Shown: piece by piece, positions 51,108 to 64,000 of the stretch
How positions within the stretch are numbered: the first letter of the stretch is position 1
Layout: every line of letters begins with the position of its first letter
Source of the DNA: Blastocystis sp. Blastoise
Lineage: Eukaryota; Protista; Bigyra: Opalinata
NCBI GenBank assembly: GCA_039096225.1
Contig: JBBPEB010000021.1
Coordinates: forward strand, 1 to 64,000
DNA: 64,000 nucleotides
Reading direction: 5' to 3'
Position numbers and translations under genes: made by a program
Notes under the pieces: model-generated
Database searches by the model: none
Told to the model about the DNA's origin: nothing
What the model saw: the letters and a program-made list of their open reading frames with translations, nothing else

Positions 51108-51651
51108 TAATATTAAAAAAAAAAGAAAAGAATAATAATAAATAATAGTATACTTGAAGAGGACACTTAGCATCAACAATTTCAGCAGATATATAATGAA
51201 TAAGATATTTCTTATCACTAGCAGAATGAACATAAAGTAACTCTTTAAATCTTTCAAAAGCTTTTTCACCGTCTTCAGATTCAATATTTATTTTTAATTC
51301 AATATTTTTCATATCTATAGTAATGGTACTGTTACCATTCTTATAGTTATTAGGTTTAGGCCAAAGAGTCAATTCCGGTTCAACACCAGTTGGAACATAA
51401 ATGGAAGATAATAAGTAAAGATCAACAGCAGGTTCATTAGTTAAACTACCACCAGCTTTCTTAAGCCAACCATGAGTATTGAAACCAATACAATCAGTAG
51501 TTTCATCACAAGTCTTCATCATATCTTCTACAGTAGTAAAGTCAACATGTTTTACATCATGACCAGTCCAATCTTTAGTCTTATACACTTTATAGTCTCT
51601 AGCAAATACACAAACGAGCAATAACGCGAAAACAACAACACTTGTCTTCAT
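49152..51651 (-). CDS. Beta-N-acetylhexosaminidase (GH20) with signal peptide and N-terminal PAN/apple-like module
   Basis: LWPKP, DESYSL, FRGVMIDSSRHFLP, KLNVLHWHISDEQSFP, PEIDVPGH, FHIGGDEV, GGEVCMWGE, IWPRAAAAAERLW. Confidence 0.95.
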
Positions 51652-52091
51652 TTTTTTTTTTGTACTTGAAAAAATACAATTTAACAAAAGAAAAATAGTT
51701 TGGAATCTTAATTCACAGTTGGAATATGGTTAGCAAACGAGCTGAAATGACACAATCCTAGTCATTGGGATTTTTGAGAATATCCAATCAGTTACTACAA
51801 AGAATTATTTATGTTTTTCTTTTTTATTAGTGTTTCTGAATGTGAAAATCATTGGAGAAATGATAGTGTCTGTATTGAGTGGTTCTATAGATACTATTCT
51901 TCTTCTATAGAAAAAAATTGAATTCTTTTGAAAAAAAAAAGAATAGAAATTAGATTCATAACTTGAAAATTATGAAATAAATATGAATGTAGTTGTTGAC
52001 ATGATAGATGGTGTGGTGTATCAAATAATTCTTTTCTAAAATAAACGCACAAATAAAAAAAAATATAATTGCAATAATAGGGTTAAAAAAA

Positions 52092-53609
52092 CTATAAATA
52101 AACATGTGCAAATGTTTTCATTTTCTCTTTTTGATTCATCATATTATTTACTTCTTTTTCATAGAAAATAAATGAGAAGGAACTCCAAATTGTTTAACAA
52201 GAAGTTCTTTTGCTTCTTGAATAACATCTCCTTGAATCTGTACAATAACTTCATTATTTGGTCCTTCTTGAATAGAAGAACTATATAAACATATCTTGTT
52301 ATAAAGAAAACAATAAAAAGTAGTTGTTTTATTCTTTTATTCTAGATATTCATATAAAAATAAATAATAAATATATGTATATATATACCTAGCAGCTCCT
52401 TTCTTAGCAATAGCTTTAGCAAATACATTAATATCAATATCATATTCTTTTAAATTAAACACTCGAGTCACACTTTTACGTATTCCCTATATATATATAT
52501 GTTATATAATTATAATAATTCTTAATATATATAATGAAAAAAAAAACATGTATAAAAAAAAATAAAATAAAATTAAAATATATATACTTTAATTTTTCCA
52601 TAGAAAAATTCAATAGGAACAATTTTTCCTTTTTTCATGATTGCTACATTATTTCCCGCGGTTTTCACGGCTCTATAAGGAATAAGTCTAGTTTCTAATT
52701 GTATAGCTAATTCTTTCCTAGTAGTATTTTCAGGATAAATTGAAGGAGCAGTTGGAGTACCAAAATATAATGATTGAATTAAACTTGCAGAAAGTCTCTA
52801 TATATATATATATAGGTATATAGAAAGATTATTATAAGTTATATTATATAAATAGAATAAATATATTTAAAGTATATATTATTTATATATAGATATATAC
52901 ATACAACTTTACTTTTATCTGTTTCTAAAATCAAATTATTTTTGACCAAATAATCACTTAAAACACTTTTAGCTTCTTGCATAGTATATCTATTTATTAT
53001 TATATATATATATATATATTATTATATATATATATATATTATTATTATATATATATATATATATTATTATATATATATATATATTATTATTATAAAACAA
53101 TTATATATATATATATATATATATACAGTTCATCTGAATTATGATCCATAGAATTAAATAGAGAATAAAGTGATTTCGGTATTTTATAACGTGTTTCTAT
53201 TTCTATAGAAACATCTGCATTTGTGTCTTTTTGTGTTTCTTTAGACTGAGTTTTTATTGGCTTCTGAATATGTGTTTGCTTATATTCTACAAAAATAGGA
53301 TCTTCAAAATTGATATTTGTTATAACCTATATATATATATTATATATATATATATAATATACTTGTTGTGATCCTTCTTTGACTTTTATATATCCCTCTT
53401 TTGCCATTTTCGAAAAGAACTTCGATTGCTTCTTATAGGATGTTTCTTTTATATTCACATCTATATAGTGTAATAAATAATAATATTCATAATATATAAA
53501 GAATAAGAATAATATAAATTTGTTTTTTTATGTATATATACTTATATATTTAGAATAGAATGAAGAAGACTGAATAGGAATATCTTCAATTGTTAATTCA
53601 TTAATACCC

Positions 53610-53647
<38 letters not shown>

Positions 53648-53663
53648 TAAATAATAAATATAA

Positions 53664-53728
<65 letters not shown>

Positions 53729-54392
53729 TATACGGCAACGAATTCTTGGAATAGTATTCCATCAAAGTGTTCTTGAAGCACTTTTGGATCAATAGACTGT
53801 TCTTCTTCCTTATCACTTTCTTCATTATTATTATCATCATTATTATTATTATCATTATTATTATCATCATTATTATTATTATCATTATTATTATTATCAT
53901 TATCATTATTATCACTATTATTATCATTATTTCCTTCAATATCATCCTCATCACTAAATAACGCGTCACCCAAATCGATTTCATTATAATTATCTATAAC
54001 TACAGATTGATTTTCATTCACATGCTTATCAGGAATTGTATTCTCATCAGGATTCGATAGAATATTCTTATTATCCTCTTCATTGTCTAGATTATTATAA
54101 GCATATACATTATTAAAATAATAATAGTACTCATATTACTTAGCAAAAACATATATATATATATTTATATACGAATAGTATCACAAGATTCTATATTCGT
54201 TACATCACCTTTATTTTCAACTGAATTATTTTCAGTCATTATTTCAGCAGATACTTCAGAATTCTCTTCAGTATTTTCTTGTTCATTTTCAGCCATGCTT
54301 AATCTTGCTAATTCCATTAATCGTTTCATTTCAGACTCTAAAGGTTGAACTGAAGTCAACTGAAAACCCTCATTCGGGTGAATCTATAGATA

Positions 54393-54423
<31 letters not shown>

Positions 54424-54910
54424 TATAATAATATAATAATAATAGAGTCGATAGGTTGAAGAATATAAAAATAATAAAAAAATATAAATTAATATGATAA
54501 TAATAAAATAAAATAATTATAAATAATTATAAAATATGAAAAACACAAAATAAACATAATCAATATAATAAATAAAATAATAACCATAATAATAAACACA
54601 AAATAAAACAATAACCATAATAATAAACATACTCCTTTAAATTGTTTCCATAAGCAATCACCATATACTTGTTGAACAGTAATAATTTTACCAGACTATA
54701 TATAAATATATATACTAGTACTAGTATTAATTATATATATATATATTACTTTATTATTAATATTTTCTATAAATGAATTTGTACAGCAATAGCCTACAGC
54801 AAAAGGTACTGGATTGCCATATATAGAAATAGAACAAGGTGTTTTTTGTAAAATAGGAAGATATCGATCTTCAACTACATACTAAAATTATATATCAATG
54901 AATATATATG

Positions 54911-54947
<37 letters not shown>

Positions 54948-55425
54948 GAGTAAGAACTCCAGGTGCCATAAGATCTGCTCCACGGATAATAACTTTACTT
55001 ACTTCCGGATATACAACCACATTTAATACTAAATAAGGAACCTTCCACAATGCAAAAACTATAATAAAATCAAAATTAAAAACTTGTATGTCAATATATA
55101 AAAAAGAGATCATTTACTTGTAGGATAGATTCTTTCATCAGATGTTTGAATAAAATAAGGTAATCCATCTTCTAGAATATAAAGATTCACTTTATTTCTT
55201 AATTTTACCTCTTCTAAAGTACTCTATAACATAAATGATATATCATATGGGTATTAACAATAATTATTTTATTCAACATACTTTTGAAGAAGCAAAAAGA
55301 GTTTTATCAGCATTCTCATCGTATCCACGAAGACTTAATGATAATTTAGATCGAAAAGTTTTGATTTCTTTTTTACGAAGTAATGTCTTTGTTGAAATAT
55401 CGATATCTGAATCACGTTTAAACAT
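52092..55425 (-). CDS. EIF2D: Translation factor eIF2D/ligatin (PUA + SWIB + SUI1)
   Basis: MFKRD..., IYPTIFALWK, RGADLMAPGV, GNPVPFAVG, VYGDCLW, NIKETSYKKQSKF, RKSVTRVFNL, EVIVQIQGD; TAG at 52092-52094. Confidence 0.9.
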
Positions 55426-55589
55426 AGTTTATCTTGTTTTTATGCAATAAAAACGCTATATTGAACACAATATTATTTTTCTAGGGAATTTTCAATTTTT
55501 TCTGCGATTCATGATAAACTTTCAATGTTAATTTCTTTTGATAAACTTGTTTTTAATATATTCTTCTTGTTGTAATTTCGTTAAATAAA

Positions 55590-56722
55590 ATGGTATTTTA
55601 ATAATGACATTCGATAAGTCTACTATGCTAATATAGGCAAATCAAGCTTCTAAGAAACGTGAACAAACTAATGCTAGTTTTAACAAAGCTATTTCTGGTG
55701 TTTTCATTTTTGTAATTGTATATTTTTTATATTCATCATATATTGAATCATATTCATCATATATTGAATCATATTTATCATATTTTTTTAATATTCATCA
55801 TATATTGAATCATATTTATCCTGTTTTGAATCATATTCATATATATTGAATCATATTTATCCTGTTTTGAATCATATTCATCCTGTTTTGAATCATATTT
55901 TTCATATACTTCACTTTATTACTTCTTCTTATGTTTTGTTTGTCTACATTTATTGCTTATGAATAGTGTTGGTTCCTCCTTGTAAAATATGTATTCATAA
56001 GATCCTTCCCTATTTCCAAATGGTCTTGGTTCTGGTTTGCTTTTCAATTACTTATTCAATATGGTTGTTATCAATGGTTAGCTATGTGCATGGAAACAAC
56101 TCCTTGGAATGAAGCTATAAAAGGGTAAGATATCAATAAATATTATTATTATTATCATAATATTGTTTTTTATTTATAAATATATATATTTTTCTATATA
56201 TAGATATTCCTTCGATATATATGGTTTATCTGTTCTTATTTCCATTTTCTCTCCTTTCTCCAATAAATGGATCTATTGCTATTTAATTGTAATTATATAT
56301 TATCATTATTATACTTATTTTATTATTTTATATGATAATACATATTCTTTTTATCATTAATACAATATAATAATAAGAATATTATACGTGTATTATTCTA
56401 TTTAAATTGCTACTATTGATATCCTATATATAATAATAGATTATATTTGCTGTTCTATATATTGGTGGTAAGAAGGTTGTCGATTGGGTTTTTACTCCTA
56501 ATGCTGCGGAAGTATATATATATAGTTATACATATACATATTATAATATACTAAAAAATATTTAAAAATACACTATTTATTTGTATATTATTTTGCTACT
56601 CTTTTCTATAACTATATATATAGATTGAGCAAGAACAAAGTGAAAATGATCCTAAACTTCAAAAGAAGTTAAGAAAACAAGAATTAAAAGAAAAAAGAGG
56701 AACTATTCGTTATAGACAGTAA
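55590..56722 (+). CDS. TMEM208: TMEM208/SND2 SRP-independent ER targeting protein
   Basis: ATG|intron|ANQASKKR; three TM segments; YSFDIY..SPFSNKWIYCYLI; basic tail KLQKKLRKQELKEKRG; TAA 56720-56722. Confidence 0.85.
55730..55910 (+). repeat. About 20-bp minisatellite (TATTCATCATATATTGAATCA variants) in a TMEM208 intron
   Basis: Direct reading of degenerate tandem units. Confidence 0.85.
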
Positions 56723-57991
56723 ACTAAATATATTTTTTATTTTTTGTAAAACTGATAAAATGAAAAACTTTTTGTATATTTTAAAAATAGTTTCCTTATT
56801 TCATTTATAAATATTTGTTTACAAATGTACATTGTGGTTTGCTTATTTTGATTCGATACATAGTTTTATTTGAAATGATTATTTCTTTTTTTTTTATAAC
56901 TATCTTCATTTAATCAAAACACATTTTTTTATATTATGAACAATTGGATTTCCATAATCTCTCTATATTCATATTCTTGATTCCACTCTTCATTTTATAA
57001 TAATTTTAAATGCTTGCTTATAAATCCAAACTAGCTTTTTGTGGATATATCACTATGAGGCACTTTTTAATTTTTAAAGCTTCTTGATTGGCTAATTTTC
57101 GTTCAGAACTTATTCAGCCAATAAAATTTGAATAAAAAAAAGACTTAGGCAAAAAAATGAAAATTTTCACAAAATTTATAAGTCGACTGTTGATTTAGAC
57201 ACAAAGACCCTGTTAGACAAATTTTATTAAAGAATTAACATTATTTTTTTATATCAGTGGGTCACACAATATCAAAAACGTTTTTATTTATTTTAAAGTC
57301 GCAATTCCGACAAATATTGGGGTCAATATTTTAAAACCTTTTGTTGCTCTGTTTAAAGTTTAGACCCTCTTGGAGTCATAAATGTAATTAAAAGTCAATC
57401 AGCTGACCTCTATGGGACAAAACCAAAATTCAGCCAAAAAGTCAAAAAATTATATTTTTTTTACACTGAAAAATTGAACCGAGCCTATTTGTTCCATGGG
57501 CAATCAGACCAGAGTTTTGAATTTTTAAAATATTTACGGGAATATTTTTATTGTTTAAAAGTGAGTCTATTTATATTTTATTATATATCAGACGACATAA
57601 GAGTTTTAAAAGACTTTTTTCATTTTATTCTATCATGACTTAAAGTTCCGCATACAAAGAGTATGTCAAAGCTTATAAAAAAACTACTTTTCCTCAGAAT
57701 CAAATTAAAGTCTTTTAAAAAGTTGTTTTCAGAGTTAATTATGTATTATAAAAACGTTTCAAGTTATAATCAATAGTTTTTAGAACAGAATATAAACAGA
57801 TCAGAGAGTCAACAAAAATGAGTATTTTTTTAAAACCTGAAAGTAGTGGGATACAATAATGTTGTGTCAATAGTGTAATATATAATTGTTAAAACTTGTT
57901 ATTTTAGTATTGAGTCATAAAAATTTAAAAAAATTTAAAAATGAATTTTTATGAAAATTTTTAGTATTTGACTAAAAAATTGACTTTAAAT

Positions 57992-58547
57992 ATGAATTTA
58001 TCTTTATTTTTAATTTGTTGTATACAAGCAGATCTAGTGACTGCTATGCATATCTTAGGTGTTTTCTATACAGGTATATATTATATCATAATTTATTTAT
58101 TGAATATTTCCTATTTTTTTATCTGATTCTTTTAGGTTCTTCATTCTGGCTTCCCGTATGCGTTCAAACAGTCTCTTCAGTCACTATTAGAAGTGTTTGT
58201 CAAAAAGAATTGTTGCTATTTATCTATTTGGTAAGGTATATTTTTCCATTTCTTTTTATTTTTTTTTTAGGTTCTTTTCGGTTCTACTAACTCAAAACAC
58301 TGTCAAACAACAACCAAATATGTTATCAAAAGTATATAAATATCATATATATTTTTTTTCGTTTGCATTAACATTTTTCTTTTTTTTTATTTTCCTATAT
58401 TAAATATTTATTTAATTTTTATTTATTTTAATATTATATTATTTTATGCTAATCTTATTATATTATATATAGAATATGAATTTTTCTTTCCCATTTACAA
58501 ATCCGATTGTTGGTTAATATTCTTTCAAATTAAATGGTATGTCTATA

Positions 58548-58632
<85 letters not shown>

Positions 58633-58867
58633 GAGAGAGAGAGATGATCAAGATAAATTAGCTGGTTATTTAACACATTATCTTTAGATATTAAAAGAAG
58701 TATATATATTTATTATATAATATATATATATATATATATTTATATAATATATATATATAGGTAAGGATTTAGATAATTTGGTGGATGACCATATATCGGA
58801 TGAAATATATATTAAGATGCTACAGAGGTGGAAAAGAGATATATATATATTAGCCAATATATGTCAT

Positions 58868-58916
<49 letters not shown>

Positions 58917-59571
58917 CATTCTTTTTTAATATTTATAATATCTAATTATTATTATTATTATATAGATTCTGCATCTATACAAATGATAATAGAAATTTAT
59001 TTTTCTTTATTAACTCCATCTTTTTCAAATCCTTATATTATACAGCAATTATTTACCTCTACGTTACTTGATGCTTTCTATATATTAACTCCTTTCTATA
59101 AACCAGAAGTAATGCATAAATTATTCTTAGAAAAGAAAATTAATATTAATGGTATTAATATGAATAGTATTAATACTAATAATCATAATCATAATAATAA
59201 TAATAATAATATGCCTTTTATATCTTCTATAAATAATAATAATAATATAACAGCTAATAAATTATTAGGCCATTCTTATCTTCATCAATACATGTATCTA
59301 CTCCTTCTACTCATATAGGTACATCTACATATATACCTCCATCTTTATCAACAACTCCACCTTCTTCTATTCCTCGTTCTCTCTCAAATTTACAATATAA
59401 TAGTCAACACCACCTGATGAAACAAAACTCAAATAGTAGTTATCATGAAAATAATGATTGTGTTTCGTCACTTATTTTAGATAGTTCTATATCGAATTCG
59501 GCTACCCCTCCTCCTATATCATATAATATATTAATCAATAGTAATAAATTATATATTGATACTACTACTAC

Positions 59572-59606
<35 letters not shown>

Positions 59607-61951
59607 TACATTCTTTCTCTCATAGTCTTTCTGGTTCGAATAGAAATTCTTTAGATCCTTTAGAATATGATTCAGAAATATATTTTCCAAAAGCTTCTAT
59701 TACTCCTATACCTTCATCTACATCTATTTCTCCTTATGAAGTGAATAATAGTAATGAAATAGTATTTGATGGTGATCGAAATGAAATATATACTACTACT
59801 ACACAAGGAAATTCATCTTCATTCTCTGAAGTCTGTCCCTTAAATATGGATACTATATATAAAGAAGCAGATAATGATATAGAAATATCACCTTTGTCGA
59901 ATAGTACTTCTCCTATTCCTCTAAAGAGAATCAATAGTATTAGTAATGGTGATTATTTGAAAATGATAATAATAATAATACTAGTAATAATACTAATGAT
60001 AAAAATACTATTCCTCAGAATGTGAATAGACCATTATCCGCACATCTATCTTCAACAATAGCCAATCAAATTAATTCAACGTTTCAATCTTCAGATCTTA
60101 ATACTTGTATTGATTATACTTATGATATACATAATAATAAGAGTGCTAATAATATATTATTAACTCCTACTAATAAAGATAGAATAGCTATTTCTCATCA
60201 TAATAATATTATTACTTAAGGATAATAATAATAATAATAATATTAATAATAATAATAATAATAAATTGAATATATCATCATCAGCATTACCTCCACTTCC
60301 CCCTCCTCGATCTGGCGGGAGAATGAGAGTTGCCAGTAGAGATTTTGGATTTAATTTTGAACCTAATAAAAAAGGTATATATTGTTATGTTTATTATATT
60401 TATTATTATTATATTTATATTTATTATATTTATTATTATTATATTTATATTTATATTTATTATTATTAAATTATATTTATATTATTATATTATATTTATT
60501 ATTATATCTATTATTATCTTTATTATTATTATTATATCTATTATTATTATATTTATTATAATTATAATTATTATTTATATTTATAAATATATAGTTTATG
60601 AAACCCTATATCACAAACATAAATAATTATATTAACATCTGAATGTAGTTATTGTGCAGAATTATATATATATAAATTGTATATGTATTTGTCCAGTTAA
60701 AAAATAAAGATTTAAATTGTATATATATATATATATTATTATTATTATTATATTATAGATACCTTCTTAACTCCTTCTCATCCTTATCTATTACCTCATA
60801 TCCCTCTTATTCTTCCTTCTTATTCATTCCTTAATATATATACATAAACATAAATATACATAACAAGCATTAGGAATAATTTATAAATATAAAGGAATAT
60901 ATAGCTCTATAGTCATGTATTTCCCTTATGTATGCTATATATATATATAGATATTTATTATTATTATTATTATATTTATTATTATTATTTTATATAGAAT
61001 CTATATATTATTATATATTACTATTATTATTATATAGAATCTATGTATTCTATGGATGTGTGAATCCCTCTGTCAGCTACTTACTAAACAAGATCTTCTT
61101 ATTAAATAATTTATAGAATATATATACTTATTATCCCCGTGGTTATGTACAGTTCTCCGTATTTCTCCTTCTTCATCTTCCAGTATTATTGTGGGTGTTG
61201 TCTTTATGAATCCTTAATCGCGGGGAATATTACTTCTCCAGTATTTCTCAAATGTATATATATATATACAATATAAAACTTTTGATATAATATATTATAC
61301 ACAGTATTAACTATTTTATATTTATAATTAATACATATATATAGATATTACAACATTATGTATATGATGGATATAATTCATTATATACTTATAAACTACA
61401 AATACATCAGTATATAGCTATACTACATACCTCCTTTAATACCAGCGTTTTATGTCTCTCCTTGATAACCATGATTATCGTAAGCATGGTTATTATTTAT
61501 CCTGTATATATATTACACTTATTATACTAATTATATTATTATTATTATACCAATTGGTTAGTATTATATTATCTATCTTATTCTATCCCTTCATAGTGTC
61601 TCTCCCTTCCTTTCTATTCCTTAACTTTCACGTTATATCCCTAGTATCCTTCTTTCCTTTCTCCCTATATATCACTCTCTCATACTCCTTAAAGAACAGG
61701 TATGCACAGAGATGCAACTAATCTACTTTTTATAAGGTATATATATATATATATATATAATTATTAATATTTATTATTTGTATTATTTGGATTCTTTCTA
61801 ACTACTTATTCTCCATAGTTCAAAACATACTTCCATATATATATTCGTTATCAAAAAGATAAAATACAACAGAATAGTACATACAGACTCTTAGATGATT
61901 CAATTTTTATATTGAAGATAATTATTACTTCTATGTATATATATAATATAA

Positions 61952-61993
<42 letters not shown>

Positions 61994-62068
61994 TTATACA
62001 AATTTTTATAATCATGTATATATAGGATAGAAATAAGCTTCAGACATATATATATTATATGTATTATA
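57992..62068 (+). CDS. Unknown multi-exon gene with Ser/Asn/Pro-rich middle; frameshifted in this assembly (or pseudogene); ends uncertain
   Basis: Series of GT-AG introns; coding-like exons 58966-60375; single-base frame breaks in homopolymers near 59260 and 59957. Confidence 0.5.
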
Positions 62069-62789
62069 ATGATGTTACTTATATATATATATATATTATC
62101 TAATATCTATTTTATCTATTTTTTATTGTGTTATATTTATTTATTATATTTATTTTGCTTAGTATTATTTAAGAATAAGATTATTCTAAAAGAATTCTTA
62201 GAAAAACAGGAAAAATGAGTAACTATTAATATAGTTTTTATTAATTTTTTATAATTTTCTTTATAAAGCATAAAACAACTTAAGAATCTCTCAGACATTC
62301 TCAGTTCATTTATTCACTAATATTAATATATGATTCGTTGATATAAAACATATTATAAAACAAAAGTTGTAAATTATGAATTATATCTTCATAAATAACT
62401 ATACTAAATATATTTTTTGATTCTCCATTGCACTCTTATTAAAAATAAAAGATTATTGTATAAATATAACTAACAAATATATTTAATTGTAATAATAGTT
62501 TATTAAAATAGCAATTTTCTTGTTTAATTAAGTCCGGAAATATGTTATAATTAAATAATTAAACTTAATAGACATATACAACACTTATATATTAATTTAT
62601 ATTCAAATAGACTATTTTTAGTAGAGAACCAGAGAAAAAATTTAAAAATTTGTTAACCCCTGGAAATAAAAAAAATTATACAGACTTTTATTATAGGAAA
62701 AAAAAGATTTTATAAAAGGGCCACCCTATGTTTGTTTTATGTAAAAAAATTTTGTATTTTGACATAAATCTTTTTATTTATTATCTATT

Positions 62790-63370
62790 AAAGCTTTTTA
62801 TAAAGTTTTTAAAAATGTAATTTTTATTATTTATATATCTTATATAATATAGGCTCTCTTTCTTCTCAAAATAACTACAAATATGGCTCCATTTGTCTGA
62901 TTCTTTTCGAGCTAAACCATGGTGATAGAAACCCATCATGATCTTGATTTCTTGGTATTAAGGTATGTTTTTACATCATATTTTTATATATTAACTATTT
63001 TTATATTCTATAGCTAGTACGTGGTGTATCAAGTCCTCCTGATCTGGTCTGTATTCTTTTAAAGGTATTTATTTATGTATTTATTTTTTAAAATTAGCTA
63101 TTATTATAGTATATAGGTGGTTTCTGTCCTCTGGAAGCATTCCTATAAGGGTTACAAAGGTTTCTAAGGTATATTCTTATATATATATTAACTTTATAAT
63201 TCATTTTTATAGTTTTTCCTTTTCCTGTGCAAGTCTTAACTAAAGGTTCTTCAAAAAAGGTATATATTATCTAATAATATTATTTTAATATACTAATTTT
63301 ATATTTCTTTTTAGTTTTAGTCTTAATCGGGTAATGGAAACTAGGAGAGGCTAGTAGAAACTATATATAA
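62790..63370 (+). ncRNA. Candidate spliced, structured non-coding RNA (6 exons), identity unknown
   Basis: GT-AG introns 62817-62852, 62963-63013, 63065-63116, 63169-63212, 63260-63314/63320; stops in all spliced frames; cross-exon helices; ends are approximate. Confidence 0.55.
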
Positions 63371-64000
63371 TTAAAAGTCTTGCTTATTCTTATATCTATA
63401 TATATATATATTATTATGTTTTTCTTGTTAGTTATTAAATTTTGTAATTATTAATAAATTGTTGTGTTTTTTTAAATTTTGTTGAAAATCACTGAAAATT
63501 CTTAAAAAAGAGGACAGTTTTTACACAAAACTATTCCCGTGAATATATTCTCTAATCATATGTCTGAATTTATCTTAAAAAAATTCTACAACAATTGGCG
63601 TTGATCTGCAAATAATATTTACGGGAATGCCTCATAGTGATGAAAATACTATTCTACTGTTGATTATTAATAGAAAGACAGAATACTCAATTCTCGTGTA
63701 TAAAATAAATATTATACAGTTAATTCAATCAAATCTATGATAATATTTTTTTATCATTATTAAATATATGAAAAGAAATTGTGATTATTCAAAAGAACCT
63801 TCTTTATAAACATAATAATAGTGTATTTTATGATTTGATGCCTTCCCTTAATATGCGTAAACATCATAGAACAGGAAACAAAAAGATAATCTTCATCTCA
63901 ATCACCTTCATTTATTCCAAATATGCAAAAATACTGTCCTACTCTATATACAGCCTCTGAAGATCACAAAAAGCAAATATTGAAGAATTATTACGTTATA

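Noticed and set aside
62900-62950. Telomerase template (CTAAACC) or selenoprotein reading through two TGAs
   Set aside because: There is no full CCC template repeat, and no start codon, recognisable protein or clear SECIS for the TGA frame.
63560-64000. Possible gene start or BTB-like fragment
   Set aside because: Frames are broken and truncated by the window edge, with no firm motif.

Overview
Very AT-rich, intron-dense eukaryotic protist DNA. A Blastocystis-like stramenopile is inferred from the Blastocystis-type surface-protein modules, AT-AC introns and a TGTTTGTT motif 5 nt after a stop codon. Most short ORFs in the supplied track are artefacts of intronic (AT)n/(TAT)n microsatellites. 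Manual splicing gives about 17 protein genes: three intronless surface-type proteins, a UEV-like/kinase fusion, a GT49 glycosyltransferase, an FHA protein, a giant PHD/C2H2 Asn-rich protein, PCID2, GOSR1, exportin-T, a membrane protein, CKS1, a WW protein, a GH20 hexosaminidase, eIF2D, TMEM208 and one unknown gene. There is also one tRNA-Ile(AAT). Three things stand out. (1) Two multi-exon loci (37.6-38.1 kb minus; 62.8-63.4 kb plus) have strong AAG|GTAT donors, G+C-richer exons, no long ORF, and helices that form only after splicing; they are candidate intron-containing structured ncRNAs. (2) There are U12-type AT-AC introns, plus several single-base non-canonical splice boundaries in conserved genes, which may be real or assembly errors. 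(3) A GC-rich composite motif recurs, and one intergenic block is enriched in RGTC. Homopolymer frameshifts show that parts of the assembly are imperfect. All gene models were spliced by eye, and no database searches were run.
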